Source: Candidatus Zixiibacteriota bacterium
GTDB lineage: Bacteria; Zixibacteria; MSB-5A5; GN15; JAAZOE01
Length of the DNA stretch: 64,000 bases
Assembly (NCBI GenBank): GCA_043819555.1
Contig: JBDREQ010000001.1
Location: forward strand, 1 to 64,000
Reading direction: 5' to 3'
In this document: positions 20,390 to 30,646 of the stretch, piece after piece
Numbering within the stretch: position 1 is the first letter of the stretch
Layout: each line of letters opens with the position of its first letter
Notes under the pieces: generated by a model
The model's input: only the letters and a program-made list of their open reading frames with translations
The model's database searches: none
Told to the model about the DNA's origin: nothing
Made by a program: the position numbers and the translations under genes

Positions 20390-21859
20390 CTATTTCCCGT
20401 ACCCCATTTTTTCCAAATATTTTATGGCTATTTCTTTATCGCTAAAAGGATGGCGAATCCCTTTGATTTCCTGATATTCTTCCGCCCCTTTGCCCGCCAG
20501 AAGAACGATATCTCCCTTTTCAGAACTTTGTAAGATGTGTTTTATAGCCTCTTCGCGGTCCTCAATTATTTCAGCCCTGGCTCCATTTGTAAATCCAGCG
20601 CTGGCATCATTTATTATCTGTCGAGGATCTTCACTGCGAGGATTATCGGATGTAAGGACGCTATAGTCAGAGGATGATGCTACGGCATTGGCCATCAGGG
20701 GTCGTTTCCCTCGGTCACGATCACCGCCGCATCCAAAAAGCGTAAGAATTCGATTGGCGCCAATTTCCTTCAACGTCTCAATAGTTCTTTTTAAGGCATC
20801 GGGAGTATGGGCGTAATCAATGAAAACTGAAAATGGCGCACCAATGCCAATTCTTTCCAATCTTCCCGGAATTACCTGAGAATTGGCCAATCCGGCAGCG
20901 ACCGAATCAATATCAACTCCTGATGCAATTGATGCGGTCGCGGCCGCCAGAGCATTATATAGATTGTATCGCCCAGGTAATTTGAATTCAATATGCCTGA
21001 CGCCGTGAGGAGTCTGGAGTTCCAAATTTGAACCGTCTGGGCGCAATTTAAAATGCTTCAAATATACATCGGCGTCCGAATCCGAAAGCGAATAGATCAT
21101 GTGTGAGCAAGTCAAGCCATCAATAAAGCCTCTGTATTCAGGGCAGTCATAATTCAGAACCGCCCATTGAGTTTTTAGCGTAACGAAGCCAAGCAGTTTG
21201 GCTTTGGTTGCCAAATAATCATCCATGTCTATGTGAAAATCGAGATGATCCCGGGTAAAATTGGTAAATAGCGCCACTTGAATATTCAGGTTTCTAATGC
21301 GATGCAATCTGAGCGCATGCGACGATACTTCGATGACCGCATTTGTGCAAAAATTACTTTTCATAGCGTTCAGAAATCGATAGATATCCAGAGATTCGGG
21401 AGTTGTGCGGGAAGCCTTAATTTGATCGCGGAGGGTGTCATAAACCAGGGATGTTACCAGGCCGGTTCGCCTGTTCCAGGCACAGAGTATATTCTTTATC
21501 AAAAAGCATGATGTCGTTTTGCCATTAGTGCCGGTTACTGCACAAATTTTTATTTTGTTTTTGCCATAATCATAGAAACGCGCTGCCACATCGGCCAATG
21601 CCATACGAGCATCGGGAACAATAAGCTGAGGAACGGAATAATTGCCTTCTTTTTCAGATATAATCGCTGCAGCTCCATTATCGATAGCATCCTGAGCATA
21701 GACATTCCCGTCCTCCTGAAAACCGGAAATGGCCACAAAGGTATTACCCGGTTCAATCTTACCGGAATGATATTCGATTCCGGATATTTCGACATCATCG
21801 GAACCGATAATATTCGCGCCCGAAACCGCCCCGGCTAAATCCCGTAAAAGAATGTTCAC
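20390..21859 (-). CDS. murE: UDP-N-acetylmuramoyl-L-alanyl-D-glutamate--meso-DAP ligase
   Basis: GTNGKTT, TTPES, EVSSH, DYAHTPD, GCGGDRD, AGKG; the DNPR motif indicates DAP specificity. Confidence 0.97.
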   Translation of the reverse strand: MNILLRDLAGAVSGANIIGSDDVEISGIEYHSGKIEPGNTFVAISGFQEDGNVYAQDAIDNGAAAIISEKEGNYSVPQLIVPDARMALADVAARFYDYGKNKIKICAVTGTNGKTTSCFLIKNILCAWNRRTGLVTSLVYDTLRDQIKASRTTPESLDIYRFLNAMKSNFCTNAVIEVSSHALRLHRIRNLNIQVALFTNFTRDHLDFHIDMDDYLATKAKLLGFVTLKTQWAVLNYDCPEYRGFIDGLTCSHMIYSLSDSDADVYLKHFKLRPDGSNLELQTPHGVRHIEFKLPGRYNLYNALAAATASIASGVDIDSVAAGLANSQVIPGRLERIGIGAPFSVFIDYAHTPDALKRTIETLKEIGANRILTLFGCGGDRDRGKRPLMANAVASSSDYSVLTSDNPRSEDPRQIINDASAGFTNGARAEIIEDREEAIKHILQSSEKGDIVLLAGKGAEEYQEIKGIRHPFSDKEIAIKYLEKMGYGK

Positions 21860-23961
21860 ACTCCTTTTGTTCGTTTAAACGTCAATTCCACTTTTTCTCC
21901 TGCCGCGAGTACGCGACCGGCCTCCGGTTTTTGCCCTATAACCCTTCCCGTTCCCCGATATGTTACTTCGATCCCATAGCAATCGAATATATTGATGGCC
22001 TCCCGCATCGTTAAGCCCGTTACATCAGGAACAGTCATATCCTCTTCGGAAGTCTTATTTGTGAAACAGCGCAGCAGTTCTTCCCTCGTAACAAAGGCGC
22101 CATGCGGTGGATGGGTCGCTATGATATGTGACCCATTTCCGATGAATTGAATTTTTAATTCCAGATTTTCGCAATTGACTTTGATCTCACCGCGCGAAAG
22201 ACCGACCAAATCCAGCATGCGCATCAAATTTCCAATAACTGCTTTGGCATTATCCATTTCCTGAATTGCCTCATTTGACCGCGAATTGAATGCTGAAATG
22301 CCATAATTATCAATTGCGGCGAATTTTTCGGCTATATTTTTGAAGGCCGGACCGGAGGTATAACCGCCGTAGTGAATAGGTTCCGGCTCATCGAGAATGA
22401 CTATACCGGCGACCAGCGGTGAGTCGGCGGGGAAATATCCGGCAAAGGACGCCATAAATTTATTCTTATAATACCCACCTGTCTCCAAATTGGGTTTTTC
22501 GGCTGTACCAGTTTTTCCTGAGATTGTCACGCATGCGCCAGCCAATGGCGCACCAGTGCCGTTGGTGACCACGCCGCGCATAAATTCTTGCAGTTGATTT
22601 ACAATGTCATCATCGAGTACTTTGACCGGCCGACTCTCGTGCCGATTGATGATTTCCCCTTCATGATTTATACACCCACTGACGAAATATGGATGATTTA
22701 AAAATCCGCCCGACGCCACTATTGCGAATGCCTGAACCATTTGAAGCGGCGTTACCGACAAACCATGGCCAATAGCGAAGGTTGAAGTCACAAACTTTGA
22801 CCACTTTTTCGGTTTTGCGAGTATCCCCCGGCTTTCACCATTCATGCCACAGTGAGTTTTTTGTCCAAATCCAAGTTTTCTGGCCATTGCATATATCTTT
22901 TCGCCCCCAATTTCATTGGCGATTTTACCAATGGCGATATTGGACGATAATTCAAAAGCGCTTCGGAATGTAAGAGTATCATATTTATGATCATCTCTGA
23001 GACTATTCCGCCCCAGACGCCAGCATCCTTGCTCGGCGTAATATCTGTCACTCGGTTTAATCGATCCATCTTCGAAGACAGCTGCGGCGGTAATGAGTTT
23101 AAAAATTGAACCTGGCTCAAAAGTCTCAGCGGCAGCGGACAATTTCATCGGCTTGTCATGATTAATCTCGGTCGGGCAATATTCTGCGGCGGCAATTACA
23201 GCTCCATTATGTGGATTAACGAATACGGCTATTCCGCCTTTGGCTTTATATTTCTCAATGGCTCCGGCCAATTCTTCTTCCACAATTTGTTGTTTGTCCA
23301 AATCAATAGTTAGTACTACTGAATTGCCTTTAACCGCTTCCTTGATCGGAATTTCTTGTATTTGATATTCTGTACCCAGGCCGTCGAGGTTGATCAGGGA
23401 ACGTCCTTCGACACCGGCCAGAATATCTTCCATGGTCATTTCCACGCCTGATTTCCCAATATTATCTGAATCCACGAATCCAAGAATGGATCGACCAATC
23501 ATGCCGTATGGGTAATCGCGGGCAGGTTCTTCTTCAATAAAAAGCCCATATTTTTTTTTACTTGAAACAAAGCGGGCATATTCTGAAGCATCCAATCCTC
23601 GCTTGATGTAACAGAATTTCCGTGGAGTCAATTTATATTCGCGCCTTATGGAATTTTCACTCTTCTTAAGCACTCTTGAAATCAGGGTATATGTCGAATC
23701 AATGATTTTTCTACTTGAGGGGTAGGCGCAAAGAGACTTAAAATTTTTATTAATAGCGATTTTACGGCCCTTGCTGTCAAATATTAAACCGCGCTCGGCT
23801 TGAATAGATTTGGATTGCAAATATAATTTTCGGGCAGTTTCTCGATAATCGCTACCGCGAACAACTTGAAATAGAAATACGCGGCCAAGAAAGATGGAAA
23901 ATACCAATGCCAATGACATAAAAACCAAACCGGATCGTACTTTTGAATAATGCGTTTTCAC
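21856..23961 (-). CDS. ftsI: Class B penicillin-binding protein FtsI with C-terminal PASTA domain(s)
   Basis: RGLIFD, EPGSIFK (SxxK), SSN (SxN), KTGTA; C-terminal VPDVTGLTMREA PASTA repeat. Confidence 0.95.
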   Translation of the reverse strand: MKTHYSKVRSGLVFMSLALVFSIFLGRVFLFQVVRGSDYRETARKLYLQSKSIQAERGLIFDSKGRKIAINKNFKSLCAYPSSRKIIDSTYTLISRVLKKSENSIRREYKLTPRKFCYIKRGLDASEYARFVSSKKKYGLFIEEEPARDYPYGMIGRSILGFVDSDNIGKSGVEMTMEDILAGVEGRSLINLDGLGTEYQIQEIPIKEAVKGNSVVLTIDLDKQQIVEEELAGAIEKYKAKGGIAVFVNPHNGAVIAAAEYCPTEINHDKPMKLSAAAETFEPGSIFKLITAAAVFEDGSIKPSDRYYAEQGCWRLGRNSLRDDHKYDTLTFRSAFELSSNIAIGKIANEIGGEKIYAMARKLGFGQKTHCGMNGESRGILAKPKKWSKFVTSTFAIGHGLSVTPLQMVQAFAIVASGGFLNHPYFVSGCINHEGEIINRHESRPVKVLDDDIVNQLQEFMRGVVTNGTGAPLAGACVTISGKTGTAEKPNLETGGYYKNKFMASFAGYFPADSPLVAGIVILDEPEPIHYGGYTSGPAFKNIAEKFAAIDNYGISAFNSRSNEAIQEMDNAKAVIGNLMRMLDLVGLSRGEIKVNCENLELKIQFIGNGSHIIATHPPHGAFVTREELLRCFTNKTSEEDMTVPDVTGLTMREAINIFDCYGIEVTYRGTGRVIGQKPEAGRVLAAGEKVELTFKRTKGV

Positions 23962-24413
23962 TCTTCCTCAAATAATTGGTTTGCCTCTGCATCACTCGGC
24001 GCAATAAATGGGATGCCCTCTTTCAACTTATCAAAAGCCGTGAAGAAACCGGCAAATCGCCCCCGGTCCTCATTTAGGGCGGGATTGACAACTAAATTCT
24101 GATGCGGCATTGTTGGCTCAAGTCCTAGTTTGTGAACAGCAATAGTCTTTTCGACGTTTATCAAAGTCGATGCTTCAATCCAATCAATTTTCAATTCTGA
24201 AAGAAATCCTTCGGCTAGTTCATTCTTCTTCTGCAACTCCTTAATCTCATCATCAAGTTCTCGGACCCAGACCCGCTGATAGATGTAAACAGACGCAAGA
24301 GAAACGATTGTCAGTGTGAGAAAGATAAGGCGAACGAACCTGTTGACAGGCAAACTGTTCCTACGTGAGGAGCATCTTTTGGTTCTGTAGCGGCGGGGTA
24401 GCTTCATTTTCAA
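23958..24413 (-). CDS. ftsL: FtsL-like cell division protein
   Basis: Basic N-terminus, single TM, coiled coil; position between rsmH and ftsI. Confidence 0.7.
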   Translation of the reverse strand: MKMKLPRRYRTKRCSSRRNSLPVNRFVRLIFLTLTIVSLASVYIYQRVWVRELDDEIKELQKKNELAEGFLSELKIDWIEASTLINVEKTIAVHKLGLEPTMPHQNLVVNPALNEDRGRFAGFFTAFDKLKEGIPFIAPSDAEANQLFEEE

Positions 24414-25300
24414 ATTTTCTCTACTGCCCTCAATTTGGCGGAACGGGAGCGAGGGTTTAAATTCTTTTCTTTGACCTTGGCGGTTAGCGGTTTTTTGGTG
24501 AGGATTTTCATATCCCCGTTTTGTTTGCCTTCGCGGAATTTATTTTTGACCATACGGTCTTCCAGGCTGTGATAAGAAAGGACAACCAATCTTCCGGCGG
24601 GCAGAAGTAAATCCATGGCGGCCTGCAGCCCTTGACACAGGTTCTCCATTTCTTCATTGACGACTATGCGAATAGCCTGAAAACACCGCGATAGAGTTTT
24701 ATTCAAATATCTGGGATTGGTTACTGATTTTATAATTTGGGTAAATTCAAGAGTGGTTGTAATTGTTTTTTTTGTCCTTGAATCAGAAATTGCCGAGGCT
24801 ATACGGCGGGCATTTTTCTCCTCGCCCAAAGTAAATAGAATATCATTAAGTTTTTTCTGGGGGTAATTATTTATTATTTCGGCGGCAGTTAATTTTTGTG
24901 AACGATCCATGCGAAAATCAAGCGGTCCATCGTGACGATAGGAAAAGCCTCTTTCGGCGCAATCGAACTGAAATCCTGAGACTCCCAGGTCAAAAACGAC
25001 TCCGTCAATGGCCGTAATTCCAACTGAAGTGGCTAAATTGGCCATGTCGCTGAAATTCCCCTGGATAACATCCACATGCGATAATAGCTCCCTGTTTCTT
25101 TCCCTGGTTTGCTCAACTGCTTCCACGTCCCTGTCGATTGCCAATAACCTTCCCGCAGGACCCAGCTGGGAAGCTATAATTTTCGTATACCCCCCTCCAC
25201 CGGCGGTAGCGTCTATGTAATTGCCGGCGGGATTGATATTTAATAAACCAATAGCTTCATCAGCCATAACCGGCTGATGATAGCCATCAGTTAGGGTCAT
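24410..25300 (-). CDS. rsmH: 16S rRNA (C1402-N4)-methyltransferase RsmH
   Basis: H.PV, DAT.GGGG, DLGVS..Q, RGFS, YHSLEDR, NPRSRSAKLR. Confidence 0.98.
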   Translation of the reverse strand: MTLTDGYHQPVMADEAIGLLNINPAGNYIDATAGGGGYTKIIASQLGPAGRLLAIDRDVEAVEQTRERNRELLSHVDVIQGNFSDMANLATSVGITAIDGVVFDLGVSGFQFDCAERGFSYRHDGPLDFRMDRSQKLTAAEIINNYPQKKLNDILFTLGEEKNARRIASAISDSRTKKTITTTLEFTQIIKSVTNPRYLNKTLSRCFQAIRIVVNEEMENLCQGLQAAMDLLLPAGRLVVLSYHSLEDRMVKNKFREGKQNGDMKILTKKPLTAKVKEKNLNPRSRSAKLRAVEKI

Positions 25301-25760
25301 CTTTAAATAATCCTTCGGCTACATCTTCCAGAGAGCGACCATAGTTTTCCTTATAGGCGCGGTATTGTTCCGGATCCCAGATTTCTATCGTCTGATTGGC
25401 TCCAATAACTAGAACTTCCTTGTTTATTCCTGCTTGAGTTCGTAATAATTCCGGCAAATGAATTCGGCCCGATTTATCTATTTTCTCGATTGAAGTGTAT
25501 TGATGGAGGAGTCGATTGACGTAGCGGAAATCTCGCTGAGTAAACGATTTGGATTGAAGGCGCTCCTGGACTTTTTTCCATTCTTCGACCGGATACAGGG
25601 AAAGGCAACCGTCGAGACCCTGAGATACAACGAGCTTATCTCCAGACGGAATGCCCTTTTCCATTGATTTTTCCGGATCTCCAGGCCGTATTTTGGCCGG
25701 AATGGAAAGACGACCTTTGTCGTCTATGGTGCAAGTATAAGAGCCACAAAACCCGAGCAA
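25287..25760 (-). CDS. mraZ: Transcriptional regulator MraZ
   Basis: Two D.xGR motifs (IDDKGRL, IDKSGRI), IEIW; first gene of the dcw cluster. Confidence 0.95.
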   Translation of the reverse strand: MLGFCGSYTCTIDDKGRLSIPAKIRPGDPEKSMEKGIPSGDKLVVSQGLDGCLSLYPVEEWKKVQERLQSKSFTQRDFRYVNRLLHQYTSIEKIDKSGRIHLPELLRTQAGINKEVLVIGANQTIEIWDPEQYRAYKENYGRSLEDVAEGLFKDDPN

Positions 25761-25784
25761 AATGCGCCTTCCTAAAAAAATTTA

Positions 25785-25819
25785 CCCATTTTATCCCACT
25801 GCATTCCAATATTGCCCAT
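25785..25819 (-). promoter_or_regulatory. MraZ operator: four TGGG-like boxes at 10-bp spacing
   Basis: Minus strand reads ATGGG, TTGGA, GTGGG, ATGGG at exact 10-nt period (plus-strand starts 25815, 25805, 25795, 25785) just upstream of mraZ, matching known MraZ TGGG-repeat sites. Confidence 0.8.
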
Positions 25820-26180
25820 TTTTCTGGAAAAAGTCAAGAAAAAAATTAAAAAAAAGACCGCTCTAATTTTATATCAATCAATAAGTAAGAAAGAGTTTTT
25901 TTTCATTTTTTTGTATTCTCTTGAACCAAAAAAACTCACGCCTCTCAACAGAATTTTCCGTGTCAATTTATTTTTCAATTGATGAAAACCGATTGAGTAT
26001 AGGAATTATTCAATACTATTAAGCGGATCTTTTTTGGCATCTCTTCTCCTCCAAACCACGCCATACAACCACCTATGATACAATGAGTTATGCTCCATAA
26101 AAATAACTTAAAATCTTATCCAAAGGGCACCTCTCTTGCATTTTATCATTTTGATTCTAAACGGAACAAGCGAGATAATT

Positions 26181-28520
26181 ATGAAGAGCCTGACTACTTT
26201 ATTAATAGCCTTGGTGTTAGCCTGCGGAAACGCATTTTCCGCCGAATTAATTGAGTCAATTAAATTCGACGCGGAAAAACTGAAAATAGACAAACATAAC
26301 GGAGAAATAGGAATTTCAGGGTTTGAGACTGTCAGCATTGAAGGATACCCGACGGTACCGGTGACGCAATTAAAATATCACTCTATTCTTAATCAAGATG
26401 AATCGAAATTGTTTTTGCGAGTAGTTGAATGCGATACGATTCAGATTGATTTTCTGATTTCAAAAAATATCGCCGATATTCCCACCAGCGCTTTGAACAA
26501 GGAAATCGAAAATCCAGAATACTTCTCGGAGGCGCAAAACGTTTATCCTTCCTCCCCTGGGAAAATCGAACGGGTGTCCATGAATGATTATTCGATCTGG
26601 TCGATCACTGTGTTCCCGATTCAGTTATTGGGTGAGGATAAAATTATTTTCAATCGCGTCTTTGAAGTTTCTTCATTGGACAAGATAACGACAATCCATA
26701 GAGGACTGCCAAAATCATTTGTAAATAATAATTCGAAAGTTGCGGCGGATAACTCAACATCCGGAGCCGGATTTTCTGGTTGTCCACTGGGTAATCAGTT
26801 CGTGGTTGTTGCATCTTCCGAATTCGCAGAAGCATTTGAAAGTTTTATTGACTTGAAAGTGAAAACCGGTTTCGATGCGGTCATAGCTATTACCGATTCC
26901 ATATATAGCTATTACTCGGGAATTGATGATGCCGAAGCGCTCAGAAATTACCTCCATGATTTCTATAATAACGGCGGAGAATATGTTTTACTTGGGGGGG
27001 ATGAAAATCAGGTTCCGGTCAGATATGCATATTTTTATAATACCGCCATCATTCCCGCCCTTTATGATTTAATGATCTGCGATTTATATTTCTCCGACTA
27101 TGATGGTGATTGGGATTTTGACGGAGATGGCGTTTGGGGCGAGCCGACTCAGGACCATCCTGACCTGGGTGCTGAAGTCTTAATCGGCCGCTTACCGTTT
27201 TCTCAATCCTCACAGGTAATAGCATACACGAAAAAATTAAGGGATTATTTGTTCAATCCCGGAAGCGGCGATATAGATTATCTTAAGAAATCCGTATATT
27301 TTTCCTCAGATCAGATGCGCGATTATTTTGAGGGCGGCCAGCAATACCGGGTGGCCGAATCATTCCCGGTCCACATTGATAATGACTGTGAACGGTTAGC
27401 CGAAAACCCAAACGGCAATGATCCGGCTCCGACCGGACCGTACGCTGTTGATGCCTTAAATGGCTTATCGCAAGGGTATGGATTTGTAAATATTCTGGCT
27501 CATGGGCGCCCCGACGCATTTGTGATAAGTTCAAGCGAGTATAATCAATTTCCCAAACAATATCTTTTTACCGCTGAAGGTATTGATGGCGATTATTTTT
27601 CAAGCATGGCCAATAACGATAAAATCGGGTTTTATTATTCAGTATCGTGCGACCAAGCCTCATTTGATCTCGAAACTCTATACGGCCAAGCAGTTCCTTC
27701 GGTCGTTGAAGAGCTACTATCTCTGGAAAATTCCGGGCCGGTCGGCATGGTTGCCTTTACTCGATGGGGCTGGGTCGGATCCAGTTACAAATTAATGGCT
27801 TCGTTTTATGGTCATTTATTTGGTGCGGCTCAGGCCAATCCGGTCGAAGCAATGTATCGCTCATGGATGGATTTTCCATATTATCGCGATCAGATATATG
27901 GACAGAATTATTATGGCGATCCGTCAGTCAAATTGTATTTGGACCGCCCGGAAAAAATAAATATAACTGCTCCATACGCATATCCGATCGGAGGAGAACT
28001 CAGCCTCCGAATCGATGTAAATGATATTCCAATTTCCGGGAAAACTGTTGTCATTAGATATGGTAATGATTTTTATCTATCGGCGGTTACGGATTTAAAC
28101 GGATTTGCGTCGTTTTCAATACCTGATGGCTGGACTGAAATTATTAGCGCAACCGTCAATGGTCAAGGGCTTATTTCATCCGAGGTCTATCTCGGTCCTT
28201 CAATTGCTTCCGATGCAGATGACAACGATTTGCCGATTCCGTTGGTGTTTGCCCTGGAGCAAAATTATCCCAATCCATTCAATCCAACTACAACCATTGA
28301 GTTTATGACCTCGCGGTCCGGTCAGGTTGAACTTACGATTTATAATATTCTCGGAAACGTAATCGATAAACCGGTATCCGAATATCTGCCGGCTGGTAAT
28401 CATGCCATCATCTGGAACGGGACTGATATGAATGACAATTCTGTTCCATCGGGAATATATTTTTATCGTTTGAATACCGAAGAAGGAATCCTCACGCGGA
28501 AAATGGTTTTGATTAAATAA
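26181..28520 (+). CDS. Secreted C25 (gingipain/PorU family) cysteine peptidase with FlgD/T9SS-like C-terminal domain
   Basis: Signal peptide; YVLLGGD, DLYFSD.DGDWD.DGDG..GE, IGRLP; catalytic-type AHG and SC; YYGDPS; CTD LEQNYPNPFNPTTTI...SGIYFYRL...RKMVLIK. Confidence 0.9.
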   Translation: MKSLTTLLIALVLACGNAFSAELIESIKFDAEKLKIDKHNGEIGISGFETVSIEGYPTVPVTQLKYHSILNQDESKLFLRVVECDTIQIDFLISKNIADIPTSALNKEIENPEYFSEAQNVYPSSPGKIERVSMNDYSIWSITVFPIQLLGEDKIIFNRVFEVSSLDKITTIHRGLPKSFVNNNSKVAADNSTSGAGFSGCPLGNQFVVVASSEFAEAFESFIDLKVKTGFDAVIAITDSIYSYYSGIDDAEALRNYLHDFYNNGGEYVLLGGDENQVPVRYAYFYNTAIIPALYDLMICDLYFSDYDGDWDFDGDGVWGEPTQDHPDLGAEVLIGRLPFSQSSQVIAYTKKLRDYLFNPGSGDIDYLKKSVYFSSDQMRDYFEGGQQYRVAESFPVHIDNDCERLAENPNGNDPAPTGPYAVDALNGLSQGYGFVNILAHGRPDAFVISSSEYNQFPKQYLFTAEGIDGDYFSSMANNDKIGFYYSVSCDQASFDLETLYGQAVPSVVEELLSLENSGPVGMVAFTRWGWVGSSYKLMASFYGHLFGAAQANPVEAMYRSWMDFPYYRDQIYGQNYYGDPSVKLYLDRPEKINITAPYAYPIGGELSLRIDVNDIPISGKTVVIRYGNDFYLSAVTDLNGFASFSIPDGWTEIISATVNGQGLISSEVYLGPSIASDADDNDLPIPLVFALEQNYPNPFNPTTTIEFMTSRSGQVELTIYNILGNVIDKPVSEYLPAGNHAIIWNGTDMNDNSVPSGIYFYRLNTEEGILTRKMVLIK

Positions 28521-29412
28521 TTTTTCGAATCAGGTGGTAGGCCGATCGCGGAATCGCGGCGACAAATATCAGTAAAGAAACTACACCCAAAAGCAGATAG
28601 CGCGCCATTTTTACCGGCCATTTTGATCGATCCAATTTCTCATATTTGGCAAAATAGTTTATCAGACTAAGATGCGAAAGCCAGACCATTTTAGGTTTTT
28701 GCCTTGAAACCGACGCCCCTCCATAATGCTCAATGACCGCATCATAGCAATAATAATTTCTATATCCATCCATCCACAACCGTTTGCATAGATCAACATC
28801 GTTTAGAAATATTGGAAAGGATTCATCCAGCATCCCAACGTTATCGATACGATCACGCTTGATAAGTATGGCCGCTCCCATTGGCTGTTCAATCACGGCC
28901 GAGGACAAATGATTGAAATCACCCATTTTCCAGCCATTGAGCAATTTTGAACATGGGAAAACTCTGGATAATCCGCACAATTCAAATAAAACATGATGAT
29001 ACCGGGGAAAGCGGCGGCAATATTTTTGAAGAATACCGTCAAATCCGACAAAGCGCGGTCCAACCATCCCGGCATCTCCGTGGTCTGAGTAATAATTGAG
29101 TAGTGTTTGAAGACAGCCCGATTTTATACGAATATCCTGATTTAGCATCCAGATATATTCATATTGCGCCCTGCTTATTCCCTGATTAACGGCCTTTGCA
29201 AATCCAAGATTTTCTGAATTTTTGGCCAGGCATACGTCCGTAAAACCATTTTCAATAATTTCCAGCGTGCCGTCAGTAGAGTTATTGTCAATTATGATTA
29301 TTTCATGGCAATATTCTCTGATGTTATCCTGAAGCGTTCGCAGGCAATCGGAAATATAGTCTTTCCCATTATAAGAAATAATTACAGCCGATATTCCCGG
29401 ATTATCAAGCAT
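28513..29412 (-). CDS. GT2 family glycosyltransferase (WbbL/rhamnosyltransferase-like)
   Basis: IISYN, IDNNSTDGT, NLGFAKAVNQG, LNQD, DVDLCKR. Confidence 0.9.
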   Translation of the reverse strand: MLDNPGISAVIISYNGKDYISDCLRTLQDNIREYCHEIIIIDNNSTDGTLEIIENGFTDVCLAKNSENLGFAKAVNQGISRAQYEYIWMLNQDIRIKSGCLQTLLNYYSDHGDAGMVGPRFVGFDGILQKYCRRFPRYHHVLFELCGLSRVFPCSKLLNGWKMGDFNHLSSAVIEQPMGAAILIKRDRIDNVGMLDESFPIFLNDVDLCKRLWMDGYRNYYCYDAVIEHYGGASVSRQKPKMVWLSHLSLINYFAKYEKLDRSKWPVKMARYLLLGVVSLLIFVAAIPRSAYHLIRKII

Positions 29413-30646
29413 CAAGAACTTTCTCGAATACGCCGGCAAATTGCTTCGCGGCATGCAACCGCGTCATAACATCAAGTTCCGTTTTTTCCCATTTCTCACT
29501 TTTTTGCCATCGATTAAATAAAATTTCCATCGCTTCGGCCAGTCCAATAATATCGTTGGGCGATGCAAACAAACCTCCCCTATGCCGAGTAATCATCAGG
29601 GCGGCCTCTCCATCATGAGGCACGGCGCCAAGGATCGGGCTTTCAAGTCCCATATAATCAAATATCTTACCGGTCAAAATATCTTTATGATTTTCAGCGG
29701 CGCTCAAGAGTAAAGCTCCCGCGGAAGCGGCTTTTGAGAGCGCCTCACGATGCGGCAGATAATCAATGACTTCAATTTTCTCGGTCATTTCGTATTTTTC
29801 GGCAAGACGCATGATTTCATTCCTATCGTTAGCACCGATAAATACGAATTTGAATTTTTCTCCAAATTGTCCTTTTTTACTTGCCAACAGATGAGCGGCT
29901 TGTAGAAATGGTTCGATGGGATGAAGGCTATGAATCGTTCCCAAATAACAAAGAATAAAATTCTTGGTGTCAGATGTTGCTTGAAGTTTGACAAAATCAT
30001 CCGGATCATATCCGCCCGGTATGGAGACGGCAGTTGAAGAAATATGTGCGGCTATGGTTTTATTGATGGCCGTTATCGCCGAAGCCGTCTGTCCGATTTG
30101 ACTCAAAAGATCATACGATTTTTTTATGAGAGATTTATCTTTATATATCACTTCCGGCCCGCGTGATTCCCAAATATCGCGAAAATCGGCAATCCATGGA
30201 ATCTGGAATTTTTCTGATATTTCCCTTGCCACCAAGTGAGCGGTAATGGGAGGAGAAGACGAAAGGATTAAATCGATTTTCTGTTTGGCTATTACCTCCT
30301 CTGCTTTTTTTATCGCGTATTTTTTCCATCCAATTTTTGAATCAGGCCAGATCATTCCTGTTTTTTTGGCCATTCGTGAAATACTCTTTAAGCCGGTCAG
30401 TGGCAGTGGCAGATATCGAGTCAACCGTGCCGGATCGGATGATCCCGAACGATGAATTTTCACCTCATCCGGAATTTCGTCGAAAAGAGATTTATCATAA
30501 GCGGGATACCTGATCGGTTTAACAGTGATGACATGAACCTGATATCCCAGTTGAGGGAGATATTTCGCCAGTTTGGCAATTCGCTGAACGCCGCCCATGG
30601 CAAGAGGAGGAAAATAGTAAGCGATTATCAGAATGGAGTTGTTCAT
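29405..30646 (-). CDS. GT4 family glycosyltransferase
   Basis: YYFPP...GGVQR, SSPP, ADFRD.W, GKIFDY. Confidence 0.9.
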   Translation of the reverse strand: MNNSILIIAYYFPPLAMGGVQRIAKLAKYLPQLGYQVHVITVKPIRYPAYDKSLFDEIPDEVKIHRSGSSDPARLTRYLPLPLTGLKSISRMAKKTGMIWPDSKIGWKKYAIKKAEEVIAKQKIDLILSSSPPITAHLVAREISEKFQIPWIADFRDIWESRGPEVIYKDKSLIKKSYDLLSQIGQTASAITAINKTIAAHISSTAVSIPGGYDPDDFVKLQATSDTKNFILCYLGTIHSLHPIEPFLQAAHLLASKKGQFGEKFKFVFIGANDRNEIMRLAEKYEMTEKIEVIDYLPHREALSKAASAGALLLSAAENHKDILTGKIFDYMGLESPILGAVPHDGEAALMITRHRGGLFASPNDIIGLAEAMEILFNRWQKSEKWEKTELDVMTRLHAAKQFAGVFEKVLDA